A stretch of 64,000 nucleotides of DNA from Eledone cirrhosa (taxonomy: Eukaryota). Below the pieces are notes generated by a model that saw only the letters and a list, made by a program, of their open reading frames with translations, was not told the DNA's origin and did not search any database. The position numbers were made by a program, and so were the translations under genes. The stretch is taken from the NCBI GenBank assembly GCA_964016885.1, contig OZ024742.1, positions 38,378,001 through 38,442,000 on the forward strand. Reading direction: 5' to 3'. Numbering within the stretch: position 1 is the stretch's first letter; each line of letters begins with the position of its first letter. Below, one piece after another: positions 52,001-64,000 of this stretch.

Positions 52001-55000
52001 TTGCATGACATGTCTTACTCAAGCATTGCAGGCTTTACTCTGTACAGTATGTATGCAGGTGCAATAGACATAACTGATGATGTCTGTCCGGATGACTGGG
52101 TGCGAATCTATAAAACTCAAAAAGTACCTAACCAATTTTCTCCAAATGGAAGAAAAATCATACTCTAAGATTTAATACGCTTAAAGAGTATCCAGCTGAT
52201 TTTGTTCAGATTTTGCACATGCATGCAGATGTTTCACGATTCGGGCCTGCTGGTGTTCTATGTTTCCAGTAGATGAACAATCGTTCCTTGAGAATAAGAG
52301 AATTCAAAACGTACACAGCTAAATTCCTCAATCTTTGCATATGCGTGTTGCTATTTCATGTTTCCTACCCCGTGCAACGCCGGGTTCTGCTGTTAGTTTT
52401 AACTAAAATTATACTTCAAATAACGAGAATATGACTGGATTTAGGAGAATTAGCAATGTATTCTCCCCACCTTGTGGGAGGTGCTTCTCTTCAGAGAGAA
52501 GAACCCCAGATAAGTTACTGATAACAGTCGTGAATAAGGACTTTTTACGAAGTCAGTGGATAACCTGCCAAAATACTTTATATGCTGATCTGAATTGTAA
52601 TTCCAGTGTAACTACAAAGTCCTCCCATGTCTTGTCTTTGGATGCCTTTACTGCATCTGCTGTGACTTGTGTCTGCTTGTAATCTCAAAGCTTGCGACAG
52701 ATAGATCATCCTTCAAAACTGCCATGCTTCCCGAAATTCGCCAACACTACACCTGATATTCCCCCTCCATACACACGCACGTATCTGTGTGTATATCATG
52801 ACTCACACACTGTTCACTTTGACATTTGTACATTATTCTATGTACTATATATGCACCTTTGATGAGTTGTAGTGCACCTGAGCACTATACACAATAATTC
52901 TCATTATTATATATAATATAATAATATATAAGCCATCCATCTCATTCCATTTCTCTTCACAACATTCATCACTAGCTCTATTGCCATTATCCTATTTAAT
53001 TCATTGTTTGTTTCTCACTCGCTAACTGCAGTACACTCATTCACTGAACCATTCTGTTATTCCCAGCTTTCTTTGCTGCTCCACATTCATCACCCATGTC
53101 TCATGCCCATATATCATGCCACTTCTCGTACATGCAGTGTACACCTTTCCCTTCAGTTACAGTGAAATTCTCACTGCTTCATTAGTACACCACTTCAGTT
53201 CCTGAAACTATTTCTGTGCAAATCTCACTCAAGCTACTCTCACCATGTCTGATCTACCTTCTCTGTTCAATGCAGCAAACAAAACAATGGATCATATCAC
53301 ATACTGTGTGTACAGGCAAATAACAGATAATGTATGATATTACATACATGTGTGTATATGCAAACAATGGATATTACATACCATGTGTGTACAGCCAAAT
53401 AAGTGATACTGGCAAGGAATAACTGTAAGTGGACAATTGCCAGACTCTTGGTCAATGTGTTGTGCTATGTCCTTTCTCTGGATACCTTTCTGATCACACT
53501 TTGGACAACCCACAGGAAATGACTTGCAGCTCAACACTTGATGTTTCTAAAAAATACAATAATTCCAAATACTTTCTTTCATTGGCTCAAGATTACAAAT
53601 TTAAATAAGAGGGATATACTCTCAGGTCCCAAATAATAGGAGGGTGTGAAAAAGATTTTCTAGGTTGTCTCCCTTGATTTTTTTAAAACCCAGAATTAGT
53701 TGTTTAATTTAAATATTGAGACCCCAACCCATCTTATTTATTTTATAACATGGGATTTCTTGTAATGTTTTGTTTTTGTGTCATTTATAATGCTATTTAG
53801 TGTCTAAAGAAAATAAAAAATTTTGTTGGAGATAGAATAGCAAAATTTAATAAGCAGTGGGTTGGAAAAAATAAGGGGGGGGGGGGGGGGGCATTATTCG
53901 AGACCCAAGAGTAATTGATCCACCACTAATACATACTAGTTGGTACCTAGTTTATTGGCTCTAGAGAAATGAAAGGTAAATTACAACCTGTTTGATCAAT
54001 GGAACAGCATCCCCATGAAATTAATGTGCAAGTAGCTGAGCATTCCATAAACACGTACATTCTCAAGATTTAGCAATTCAGTGTGTGACATGGCTGGCCT
54101 TTTGCATTAGAGTCTAATAGGTTTCTATCCATCCATCCATCCAATTTCACTTACAAAACTTGGGTCAACCTGAAGCTATGGTAAATGACACTTGTCCAAA
54201 ATGCCACACAGTGGGATTGAATCCATATCATGCTGAATCTCTCTAGGAAATAAAGGTGCATGTGTCTAATGAGCAAGCAGTTCCATTGATCAAACAACTG
54301 GAACACTCATCATCAGAACCAACAAAAGTCCAACACAATCACAATAGTTTTTAATGTAGGCAAAAGGTCAGTAATTTGGAGAAAGAGAAAGTCAAATCAA
54401 CTCCAGTACATGACTGGTACTTTCGTTTATCAACCCATAACTAAATGCCACAAAGTGTTTTGCCACATAACTAATAATTGTTTCTACTTTTGGCACAAGG
54501 CCAGCAATTACCCCAGTGCATTACTGGTGCTTTATTTTATCGACCCCGTAAGGATGAAAGGCAAAGTTAACCTCGGCGGGATTTGAACTCACATGTTTAC
54601 ACTTCTAGAAATTTAAATTATGATTTTCAAAAAAAAAACAAAAAAAACTGTCTTACCAATTTACTGTCATATGGTACCTCTTCTTCACAAAGTTCACACA
54701 ACACCTTTCTGCGGGGACAATCCATTTTTTCATGCACTACTAACGTCTTTGAGAGAACATCTTTACCACATAGTTCACAGTTTACAAATACAAATCGACA
54801 GTTGGTGACATGAGTCTATTGGAAGGATGAGAGAGGAAAATGTTTAAAATTTACTCGGAATTAGGTTTCATTTCATTTTATAAACTAGGACTGAATATGT
54901 TTACATTCTAATTCAATTATTAATCCTTTCTCTACTGTATTTCTAATTAAAAAAAAAATTCAATAACTATAATTTTCAAATTATTTTGAAAATAAATCAA

Positions 55001-58000
55001 GAATTTGGAGGGATTTAGTAATATAACTAAGTTTCCCATTATTAAGCTGGTGTTTGGAATTAACTTAAATGTTCTTACATAAAAATTATGACAGGTTTTT
55101 AGATAATTGTTTCTGATTTAGGCACAAGGCCAGTAATTTGGGGGAGGGAGAGGGGAAAGTCGATTAAATCAACCCCAGTGCATGACTGGTACTTTATTTT
55201 ATCAACCCCTTAAGGATGAAAGAGCTAACCTTGGAGGAATTTGAACACAGAACATAAAGGGTCATAACTATGCCACAAAGCAAGGGTGATCGACACTACC
55301 GATACTGCCAACCCACCGCCCTCTAGATAAATAACATTAAAATAAACAGCTTTGTATCATAGAACCAGAAGCAATTTCAAGTGATTGTGATGCATAAAGG
55401 ATTAAATATAGTCAGAATGATTTGTTAATTACTGAGTTGACAGTAAGCTTAATACCAGTGATCAATGGTAGTATAAGGTGTGATATTTTTTAATGCCACT
55501 TGCATCTGCTCCCTACCACTTAATAACAATAACCAAGACTTAAAATAATTAAAAAAATTCATAAAGTATTCCAACCAAATCTGCTCCCTACCACTTAATA
55601 ACAATAACCAAGACTTAAAATAATAAAAAAAATTCATAAAGTATTCCAACCAATTTCATAGCTTTGTTTTTTTCCACCCTTTGCTATATTGCAAAAATAG
55701 AATTTTAAAATTAAAAAAAGAAAGGTTTCTCCCATATTAACATTTTTTTTTTTTTTGACAAGGTTTTTAAATATTTTTCATTATTTGTACATAGATGCAC
55801 TCCCTATACCAAATCAGTTAAAAATTCAAGTATATAGAGTGTGATATCATCATGAGTAATCATCATTTAATGTCTGTTTCATCAGTTTGTGACTTAGATA
55901 AAGAACAGGTTTCCCATTAATGTTGGCAACAAGACAAAAGGTTCAAAATTCATTAAAACATGCTTGAAGTGTTTTACATTCAAATATTTGCCATCATTTA
56001 TTTGCTTTTTGGTGTGACAGACAAAATATCTCACAACATTTATATCTTTGCATATTCTGAATGCAAACACCAGCAAGTTTAAATTTGCCAGTCATCCTTG
56101 TGGAATTAATTAAATAAGTCTTGGTAGTGCATTAGGTGGATCAGTTAACCTATAATCCCTTCCCACATCAAAGAATTTGTGTGCTATTATTTATTCCATG
56201 AAGGGCGGTGGATAGGCAGTATCGGTAGAGAGTCGGACGTCATGCTTCCCAGCATAGTTACGTCCCTTTGCGGTCTGAGTTCAAATCCCACCGAGGTTAA
56301 CTTTGCCTTTCATCCTTACGGGGTCAATAAAATAAAGTACCAGTAATGTACTGGGTAATTGATGGCCTTGTGCCAAAAGTAGAAACAATTATTTATTCCA
56401 TGAAGAATTGATCTTCTTCCACTTATTCCTGAGAGAGTCATGGGGTCAGAGTCCTCAAACATTCCTTTCAGCAGGTCCTGTCAGAAGCAACCGTCTCCAA
56501 CTGACCTGGCTGGATCTCCAAGCGAGACTAGAAAACTCATGTATGTTATCCAACCATCTTGCTCGGGGTTTCCCCCTGGGTCTCTTGCCGGTTGGTTTTG
56601 CCCATAAAATCTGTCCAGTGATTCTTTTCTGAGACATTCTAACCAGATGCCAGTAGTATTGGAGCTGTGATCTCTCAATTTGGAGAAGTAGCGGCTCTAC
56701 CTGGAGTGACTCTCTGATCTCCAAGCTATGCACTATCAAGTAATGTTACTCCGAAGACCATTTGGAAGAACCTCTTTTCAGCCACTTGTATTCGTGATCA
56801 TATTCTCTCGGTTATTACCCAAGATTCATGACCATAGGTAAGGGTTGGCATGAATACCGAATTGAAGAGAATGAGTTTGACTTTTACACCTACCTCCCTT
56901 CTCATTACTAAATGCTGAAGCTGGCACATTACTGCCATCATAAATGTTATCATAACAATATTGATTAAAATTTTTTAGCTCTGCTAGAAACAAAGTTGCA
57001 TTTAATTACCATCCACTTCTCCCTGGACTTCATGAAGAAAATATTTCAGGTTGTATCAATTTGAAATTTTATAACAAAAAACACAAATATCTGGTTGACT
57101 TAGGAAGCATTAGGAAAATTTAAAATGTAGTTATCCCAATGCAGATGACTATAATGATAGTTGATAACTATAAATATCATGCAGATGGCAAAAGATTGAA
57201 CAGAGGTGCCAGCAAGGAAAAAAGTTCTGCATCTCTTGGATGCGAGATGAGTGCAATAGCCATTACACAGTCATTGGCTACTGATTGTCATCTTTCAGAA
57301 AGTTTTAGCCTGTAGCTATTATCATAGTCATCTGCATTGGGATGAATACATTTTAAATTTTCCCAATGCTTCTTAAATCAACTAGATGTTTATATTTCTA
57401 GTTACAGGCTTAAAATCTAAAAGATGGCAATTTGTTGCCAGGGACTATTTAGCACAATGGTTAATGCACTTGCCCAGTATTCAAGAGATGTGAGGTTCAA
57501 TTCCTTGCAGATACCTCTATCCACTTTTTTCTCTCTCCAGGAGTACTCTACCAATTTTTTTCAAATATTTATAGTGAGAAAATATTGTTTTAATCATATG
57601 TGTAGGGACAACTAGATTACAAATTTCAAAAAAATATATGCAAAGAAAAAATGTGTTCAAGTTTCTATTTGTGGCTAACTCACCTTAAATACATCTTGTT
57701 CCCCATTCCACATGCAGCCATTTTTCTGATTAGGACAATTGAGTGTTAAGGAATTAAGCTCTCTCTCAAAAGCCTGGTCAAGGAAGAGCTGTTAAAAAAA
57801 CATAACTTTATTAACCACAAAAAACTGTCAGCTTCATAATAAATTATTTGATGTCAATCTATTGACACTAACAACATATAAGAGATCTGATAGTGTGGTT
57901 GATCTATTGAAACCAGTGATATATAAGGGCATCTATGTTTGCAGATCTTTAGAGCTGACTAACAGTTCAGTGCACCAAATTTTAACCACACAAACTTGTG

Positions 58001-61000
58001 CACACACACACACATTTCTATCTTAAATTGTTAACCAGCTTGATATATTTTGGTTAAGTTGAGAATGACTTATTCAGAATATTCTGTATATGGAAATTAT
58101 TTGATAAACAATTAAAAAAACAATGCATTTCATTCTTGCTCTAAAACACCAACAGTTGAGAGAGAAAGTGAAAAAGAAAAGGTGTGTGTGCGTGCGCGCT
58201 AATATCTATGCGAGTGTTGAACCTCTAAGAGTTCTAGCAATGAGTTTTCTAGTTGTTTGAACAAGTAGCTGAGCTTTCCACAGACATATGCACCCATAAC
58301 AGTTCTCAGGGAGATTCAGCATGATATAGTATGCAACAAGTCTAGTCTTTGAATTAGATGTACAACTCATTTTTGCTAACTAAATAGACTGAAGCAACAT
58401 GAAATAAAGTGTCTTGCTCAAGGACAGCATACTGCCAAGAATCAAACAACCTTATAATCATGATCTGATCTAAACCCCTTAACCACGAAGCTGCGCATCT
58501 TCACAACACATAATAGAGAGATTATATATGAAATTGGGCCTTAAAATAAAGATGTAGCAGCTCTACCTGGAGTGACTCATCTTAGAGCTATGCACTATCA
58601 AGTAATGTTACTGGAAAAACTCTTTGGAGGAACCCCATTTCGGCCGCTTGTATTCGCAATCATTTTCTTTTGGTCATTACCAAAGATTCATGATCATAGA
58701 TACCTGAGGAAGAGTGTTTCAAACTTCAAATAGTGAAAATAAGAATAAGTTTCAGAACTTACATCTGTGTGAGCCCAAAAGAAACTGTTGTCTACAGGAC
58801 ATTTTGCTCGATCACGACCCCTGTAAAGGAAAATTATCATATTAAAACATTTTAGTTGGTAATATAAAATGATTGAATATTAACCATATTATTTATCATC
58901 AGTATGTTATGCCCATTTACCATGCTGGCATGAGTTGGACAGATAATCATTGTCCAAAGCATGACAGATCAGATAAACAAGGCTTGTTCATACATTCCAT
59001 ATTTTGGCATGGTTTCTATAGTTGGCTACCCTTCCTAACATCAACCTCTTTACAAAGTACACTAGGTGCATTTTATTATGGCACCAGCACTACCACTTTA
59101 TAGAGTGCATTGGGCATATTTGATTGTGGCAGCAACACCAGAGAGTTTATTAAGTCTTCAACAAGGCCAAAGGGTCTTCTCTACTCTATACTGTCTTGGT
59201 TCATTTGTTAACCACTTGACAAGGAATACCATATAGATATTATTAATATTAAAAAGTTATGGAGTAGATAAGCAGTAGAGTACCAAACAAAAAGATTTGG
59301 GTTATTTAGTTAATTCCCTTAATATACCAAGCTGTATAGAATAGATTAAATAAGTACTAGTTAAGTATTGCAGTCTATATAATCAACTGTGAGGATGTGC
59401 GAGTTAGTGGTTATGGTGTTTGGTTCATGATCATAAGGCAATGTGTTGTGTATTTGAGCAAGACACTTTATTTCACATTGATCCAATCTACTTAGTTGAA
59501 AAAAATGAGTTCTGCCTGTGATTCAAAAGGTCAGGCTTGACACACACTGTGTCATGCTAAATTTCCCTAAGAATTGCACCAAGAGTACACTTATCAGTGG
59601 AATGTGCAGCCACTTACATGTTAAATTTCACAAGCAGGTTGTTCCATTGGTCAAACAACTGGTACACACTTCACTGGAACTGATGGAGATCTAAAACACA
59701 CACACACAATTAACTATTGCTTTCCTCCAAAATGTTTGGTCATGTGCCAATATTAGAAATATTCAATAGTGTTGCATCACTGAAGACTAGGTTTTCGGAT
59801 TCTGTTTTGTTATAATCCAGGCAATGTATACACTCCTAAATCCATTTTTTTAAACTGTAAAAACTCAATACCACCTACCTCTTCATATGTTAAAAACTCA
59901 GAGTTAAAAGAACAAAATCAATCCACAAAGTATTCAACTTAATTTGAATATTTTACCAAAACAGACAGTAAAAGTGAGTGCACTTACAACTACTAATGCC
60001 TAGACTGTAAAAGAAAACTAAAACGTATTTTTCTTTAACCCTTATATTACCATATTTCTACTGAATATTTTCAATTAATTTTGAAAATAATCAAGAATTT
60101 GGAGGGATTTAGTAATATAACTAACTTTCTCATTATTAAGCTGATGTTTGGAATATAATTTAATGTTTCTCACATAAAATCATGATTGAAGATTTTTAGA
60201 TGAATATAAACACTTTAAAACATTGTGTTGTATTGTAGAACCAGGAATGGTTTCATGTTAAAAGTGTTAAATTTTTTATCTGACAAGCAATTGTGACTTC
60301 TCAAGGGATCAACTCCAGAGCAATAGCATGTATTGAACTCATTACCATCATCATCATCATCTTCGTTTAACGTCCATCTTCCATGGTAGCATGGGTTAGA
60401 TGCGAGTTGTCCCACTTGAGGCAAGGTTGGTCGGGTGACCGTGTCTCACTCATATAGGACTATCTGGCAGGTTTTCTACGGCTGGATGCCCTTCCTAACA
60501 CCAACCACATTTACAGTGTGGAACAGGGAACTTTTGACCGTGTTACCTACACGGCCACATTACAGTGTGGACTGTTTTTTTGTCATGACACCTAAACGAT
60601 CTCAATATCTCATTTATTTGGACTGCATGTTGTGGTACCAACTTTACAGAGAGAGGGTGGTGAGAGTGGGAGGATATGGTAGGGGTAGTGGATTGGGGTG
60701 AATATTTGGTTAAAAGGTGCCTACTGACTGTAGGTTTCGCTTTGTACATAGGCAAGGCGGGTCTTCTGTATTACTGTGTAGCGCCAAAGATCTCGGTCCA
60801 GTGACATTGTCTTAGAGAGGTGCAAGTGTGTAAGGTCGGAATTTATCAGATCGTCACAGGTTTTTCTGGGTCTACCTACTCCGTAACTACCATCAATTTT
60901 GATCGCCCTGCACTTTTTTATACAGCTGTCGTCTTTCATGCGCATCACGTGGCCATACCAAAGTAGTCTTCTCTCAAGTAAACAGCATCTGATCCCTCTT

Positions 61001-62467
61001 ATTCCTAATTTCTCACTTAGTTCATTTATGCTTTGCCGTTCACGTATATTACTATTACACATCCAACGGAGCATGCATGCTTCATTCCTTTCCAGTCTGC
61101 GCAGGTCCTCTGCATGTAATGCCCATGTCTCACTGTCATGTAGCATTGCTGTTTGTATACAGGCATCATACAATCTGCCTTTCATTTTTAGAGAGAAACC
61201 TTTTGTGGCCAAAAGCGGTTTAAGTTCTCTGAACTTTTTCCATCCCATTCTGACTCTGGCTACTGTACTTTCAGAACACCCACCACCAATGCTGATTTCG
61301 TCACCCAGGTAACGGAAAGTGTCCACTATTTCTATAGAACCATCTGAGCAATAGAAGGAGCTAGTATTTTGTGGACACTTGTACTTATTGCACCTGAGCA
61401 TCGGCCACATATAAAGTCTACGTTCTTAGATAGTTTATCTGTGATCCCACTACATATTTTATGTACCCATACTTTGCATTTGGGAGATAAAATGGAATTT
61501 CTGCCTACTCCTTTCCTACTCACTGAGCATGGTCATTTTCCTGAGGGCACCTGTGCCCTATTTTCCTTTCTACAAACTAGAACTTTAGTCTTAGACAAGT
61601 TAACTTTAAGGCCTTTTGATTCTAGGCCATGCTTCCATGTTTGGAATTTCTTCTCTAGTTCAGCCATTGATTCAGCTATAAGCATTAGATCATCTGCGTA
61701 TAGGAGTTCCCATGGGCAGCCGGTCTTGAACTCCTGTTATAGCCTGAAGGGCAATAATAAATAGGAGGGGGCTAAGGGCAGAGCCTTGATGAACACCAAC
61801 TTTTACACTAAATTCTTCACAATATTCATTGTTAATTCTAACCTTACTGACTGTTTCTTAGTTTATATAGCTCTCACAAGCCATTCATCTACACCTAGTT
61901 TTCTAAGAGCCCATGTGTTCAGTAATCCAGCACATTGAATTGCGGTCAGCATATTTCATATTAAACCATAAATATCAAATAAAAAGTATAGTTTATATGT
62001 AGCATTGTGAAAAAACGTTAGAATTGTTTTGGGGAAAGCCAGAACAAAGCAAGTTAGAAATACAAGAGTAAAGTAAGAAAAACATTTCATGATATTTTGG
62101 AGTTAGGATCTCTTTTTCAGAAGGGATGAAATGGAATGTGATGATAATAAGAAGAGATCCTTAGCTCAAAATATCATGAAAAATAAGATAAAAGTGTAAA
62201 CTGTTGTTCTGTTTGTCTTACTTTACTCTAGTTTTCACTCTTGTATTTCTATCTAGCATTGCACTGGGCTTTCACAAAACAATCTTCACCATAAAATAAA
62301 AAGGCAGGCACTTACGCAATAACAGAAAAAATGCAATTCTTACAGAATCGATGGCCACATTTTGTTTGCATTGGCTTTGACATCAAAGTTAAACAGATTG
62401 GACAAATGAATCTCCGATTCACATCCTTTAAGTCTAGGTCTTCATCATCAAAAGTGTGCGACATCAT
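48571..62467 (-). CDS. TNF receptor-associated factor, TRAF6-like (RING, TRAF zinc fingers, coiled coil, MATH), 7 coding exons, 439 aa
   Basis: Exons 62467-62316, 58820-58763, 57788-57684, 54815-54657, 53546-53382, 50289-50117, 49078-48571; total 1320 nt with consistent phases. RING CPICL..MQTKCGHRFCKNC..KCPVDN, LFLDQAFERE, MATH SPSFYT..PGY..GIYDDVLVFPF..IFDQ. An upstream exon probably lies beyond the window (acceptor just before the ATG). Orthology to TRAF6 itself is not established. Confidence 0.88.
50117..50289 (-). CDS. TRAF6-like exon (last finger end + coiled coil)
   Basis: DYRKNMPYHISHAIEYHNTLLIKSLRNLEKRIVNIEQ...VEQLQ; CG|GTAAGA donor. Confidence 0.82.
50347..50641 (+). mobile_element. 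RTE family A 3' fragment in a TRAF intron
   Basis: RRLRWYGHV...PTLASREKRT plus (GAT)n tail; 5' end abuts (GT)n. Confidence 0.9.
51187..52396 (+). mobile_element. Non-autonomous Helitron-like element
   Basis: A|TC start (TCTATATATATATAAAACAGAGGATGTCTGTCTG), subterminal GC hairpin CCCGTGCAACGCCGGG at ~52368-52384, TTAG|T end, no TSD; a second 5' end at ~63461-63600. Confidence 0.7.
52707..52910 (+). mobile_element. CR1-type LINE 3' fragment
   Basis: ATGCTTCCCGAAATTCGCCAA...GATGAGTTGTAGTGCACCTGAGCACT. Confidence 0.88.
53382..53546 (-). CDS. TRAF6-like exon (zinc fingers)
   Basis: KHQVLSCKSFPVGCPKC...HIDQESGNCPLTVIPCQYHLFGCTHM; GTATGT donor. Confidence 0.9.
54657..54815 (-). CDS. TRAF6-like exon (zinc fingers)
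   Basis: THVTNCRFVFVNCELCGKDV...HEKMDCPRRKVLCELCEE; GTAAGA donor. Confidence 0.88.
55504..55653. repeat. Near-perfect 75-bp tandem duplication
   Basis: ATCTGCTCCCTACCACTTAATAAC...AAGTATTCCAACCAA twice. Confidence 0.9.
56204..56387 (+). mobile_element. tRNA-derived SINE (family 2) with 18-bp TSD
   Basis: GGCGGTGGATAGGCAG head, B box GAGTTCAAATCCC, TTGCCTTTCATCC..GGGGTCAATAAAATAAAGTACC body; TSD ATTATTTATTCCATGAAG at 56186-56203 and 56388-56405. Confidence 0.85.
56410..56900 (-). mobile_element. Degenerate RTE LINE of a different (Expander/Rex3-like) family
   Basis: IRESLQVEPLLLQIERSQL..HLVRM..GKRPRGKPRARW; a related fragment lies at 58553-58700. Confidence 0.75.
57068..57406. mobile_element. 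Old foldback MITE / long inverted repeat
   Basis: 57085-57160 is a diverged reverse complement of 57316-57390 (ATCCCAATGCAGATGACTAT / ATAGTCATCTGCATTGGGAT). Confidence 0.75.
57684..57788 (-). CDS. TRAF6-like exon (zinc finger 1)
   Basis: LFLDQAFERELNSLTLNCPNQKNGCMWNGEQDVFK; AAG|GTGAGT donor. Confidence 0.9.
58763..58820 (-). CDS. TRAF6-like exon (RING C-end)
   Basis: GRDRAKCPVDNSFFWAHTD; TTTACAG acceptor; GTAAGT donor. Confidence 0.88.
60346..61913 (-). mobile_element. 5'-truncated RTE LINE (family B-related), frameshifted
   Basis: RT C-half, PHD-like insert, FRYLG, 3' UTR and (CAT)n tail. Confidence 0.92.
62020..62283. repeat. Imperfect inverted repeat next to the TRAF RING exon donor
   Basis: TTTCATGATATTTTG/CAAAATATCATGAAA, AGAGTAAAGTAAGA/TCTTACTTTACTCT and TAGAAATACAAGAGT/ACTCTTGTATTTCTA pairs. 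Confidence 0.7.
62316..62467 (-). CDS. TRAF6-like exon (RING N-half)
   Basis: MMSHTFDDEDLDLKDVNRRFICPICLTLMSKPMQTKCGHRFCKNCIFSVI; GC|GTAAGT donor. Confidence 0.9.
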
Positions 62468-64000
62468 CTGCTGTAAAAGTAAAATATAAAAGTCTTAACT
62501 CTTAACACCCTGTAACAATTTAGCAGAAAATATCTAAAAAAGTTTAGTCAAAGGCCTGACAACCTCCCTATTTCTGAGGCCCTGATTAAAATACACCCAG
62601 ATCACTAAGAGTGCAGGAATGTTTGTAAGTGGAAACCATGTCCCCAGCCCATCTGAGAGGCCAGTAGCTTTGATTAAGTACTGACTTGGTCTATCATAAC
62701 CTGTCTAACCATTCCTAGCAAGGAAAATGGCCGTTAAATGCTAATGACACACACACACAGTGAAATTATCCCTGAGTGAAATTTGCTATGGTATGAAAAT
62801 ATAGCATATTAGCAACTAAACTGGCAGCCTGCTACCAAACATGCTTGATTATTTTTGGATACCCTACAAGATAAAAAAACAAAACTCATCAATGGATGGA
62901 GAAATTCATGTGAGTCAATGGCTATCCATAGTGTGTATATCTGCTTGTGTATCTTATTCTAATCCTCTGCTGCTTTGTAGCCATGAAAAAGGCTTCAGGG
63001 GTAAACCTCAAGGAAAAATTGGAGTTAAGCTACTAAGGAGTTTCTGCAACCAAGTTAATCCCAAATGTATTACTCTGCTTTCCTTTTCAACACATTGGTG
63101 AGGCTGAGAGCAATTCTGTTGATTGGCCACTGCATGATATCCATACACCTCACCCAGGCTTGTTCCCTGAAGAGGTCACTCTAGTACTGCTGTTCTCAGT
63201 GTCTGAGGCAATACAGGAGGCAACAGTTATGAATTATAAATCCAGACCGATTGGCTGAAGTGACCATCTGTCCCATTGGTCAGCTATCACCTGCCTCAAG
63301 CTAGGCAGCCCCTAGCCATTAAGGTGCTGAGTCACCACAAATCTAACCTAGATGTGTCCTAGACTTTCCAATCATCTACAACAGATTGATGATTTCTCAC
63401 ACATAAAATGTAAAGGGCCTTTAACTCATCATGGAGTTGTAGGGGCAACAACATGGTGCCTCTACATATCTAAAACAGAGAATGTCTGTCTGTCCGATCA
63501 CTAAAACTCAAGAACCACCCAACCGATTGTTTTCAAACTTTACACATGTAATACTTATGGTCCTAGGGACTGCATTAGGCGATTTAGCGATCTTTCTCTA
63601 TAATTCTTAGTCTTTCTCTTTGGTTGTTTATTATTTTTTTTCGAATTTTTGGTTGTCAAAATTAGGGTGCATCTTCGAGGACAAAGCATCTTCAGCAGTG
63701 GGAAATATGGTATATATAATTTTTTTTGCTTTTGCTATATATTCCATTCTTGTCGGGTACTACTATGCTAGTCAATCAAAGGATGTAGAGTATTTTCCTC
63801 TCCCTTTCCCCCTTAAATTTAATTTTATCTACCTCTTTCCGTTTTCCCACTCTATTGTTTATTATTTTAAAATAAACTGTCATTATTATATATCATAAAT
63901 ATGTAAATAAAATGTTTCCATTCCATTTTGTTATAAATAATATTTGTAGACAGTTATGTTCTTTATAACTCAGTAATAGTTGACAGCAGGTCTGTTGTCC

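Overview
AT-rich, intron-containing animal genomic DNA; the SINE/LINE repertoire and (TA)n load suggest an octopod cephalopod (inference). Three host genes were reconstructed exon by exon with consistent GT-AG phases. (1) The first three coding exons of UQCRC2 (minus strand; the gene runs off the left edge). (2) A complete 10-exon BRAT1 (plus, 867 aa, ends ...VLDCY), head-to-head with UQCRC2 with 676 bp between the start codons. (3) A 7-coding-exon TRAF6-like gene (minus, 439 aa, RING-zinc fingers-coiled coil-MATH). The rest is transposon-rich: a full-length decayed CR1-type LINE nested in a minisatellite, a cluster of RTE LINEs embedded in long (TA)n arrays, a Tx1/L1 LINE flanked by (GTCT)n, a CRE-type RLE fragment, three tRNA-SINE families, Merlin-like and piggyBac-like MITEs, a non-autonomous Helitron, and a 200-N gap. 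No prokaryotic systems, CRISPR, rRNA or true tRNA genes were seen. The most interesting leads are a PHD-type finger inserted inside the RTE reverse transcriptase, apparent microsatellite targeting (RTE in (TA)n, Tx1 in (GTCT)n), a covarying 3' hairpin shared by the RTE families and a chimeric CORE-SINE, and a possible intron in the CR1 5' UTR. All coordinates were read by eye and no database searches were run.
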